Source: Catajapyx aquilonaris (taxonomy: Eukaryota). Taken from it: a stretch of DNA of 24,362 bases. Positions 24,025 to 24,362 of the stretch are shown one piece after another; position 1 is the first letter of the stretch; each line of letters begins with the position of its first letter. Location: NCBI GenBank assembly GCA_000934665.2, contig KZ537965.1:310001-334362 (forward strand). Direction: 5' to 3'. The translations under genes and the position numbers were made by a program. The notes under the pieces were generated by a model that made no database searches, had not been told where the DNA came from, and worked only from the letters and a program-made list of their open reading frames with translations.

Positions 24025-24362
24025 CTTTAGTACTTTTGTCTTTACGAGTAGTTTGAAATGAGCTTGAGAAACAGTGGCCATTAAAGTGTAAGGGTCCGAC
24101 GAGGTTTTTCCCAGGTCCTTTTGAGACGTTATCGGTAGATGTGCCTAATGTTTATTATCAAGCTCATTAAGCACACCTCGAGGCTGAAAAAGTGCAAAAG
24201 TCCATAGGCCGCATTTCCTAGTCTCTGAATCCCGGGTATCCCCGAGGGTTTTCGAGGCTGAGACTAACGAGGAATTCAGCTGCCAGACTTTGAGGGAAAA
24301 GGAGAGGTTGTATATACAGTACTGAAGGAAGGGGGGGAAAAAAGGGAGGGAAGTGGGGGAAG

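Noticed and set aside
23848..24030. ORF with a poly-Asn/Asp tail
   Set aside because: It is simply the translation of the AAT/GAT microsatellite.

Overview
This window looks like non-coding eukaryotic (animal-like) genomic DNA. It is roughly 40% GC by eye, with many homopolymer runs and microsatellites, and CpG is not visibly depleted. The texture resembles an invertebrate deuterostome such as a lancelet, but that is an impression only. I recognise no protein-coding gene, tRNA, rRNA, known miRNA or CRISPR array; all ORFs are short (<=178 aa) and domain-less. The well-supported structure is a set of inverted-repeat elements. (1) A 147-bp TA-flanked MITE at 14469-14615 whose TIRs each contain a perfect CRE. 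(2) A 934-bp TA-flanked foldback element at 15642-16575 with 364-bp arms (6 mismatches), which splits an older ~124-bp palindromic element. (3) An adjacent candidate non-autonomous Helitron at 16701-17127. (4) A perfect 90-bp-arm palindrome at 20835-21021 built from TACGTAAGTC units, with a diverged third copy at ~22523-22580. The unique sequence has a clear excess of CACGTG E-boxes (19 counted versus about 4 expected) plus some consensus nuclear-receptor, bZIP, CArG and Smad motifs. This is compatible with a cis-regulatory intergenic or large-intron region. I found no evidence for a new protein-coding system. The most interesting signals are the nested palindromic elements and their transcription-factor motif cargo.
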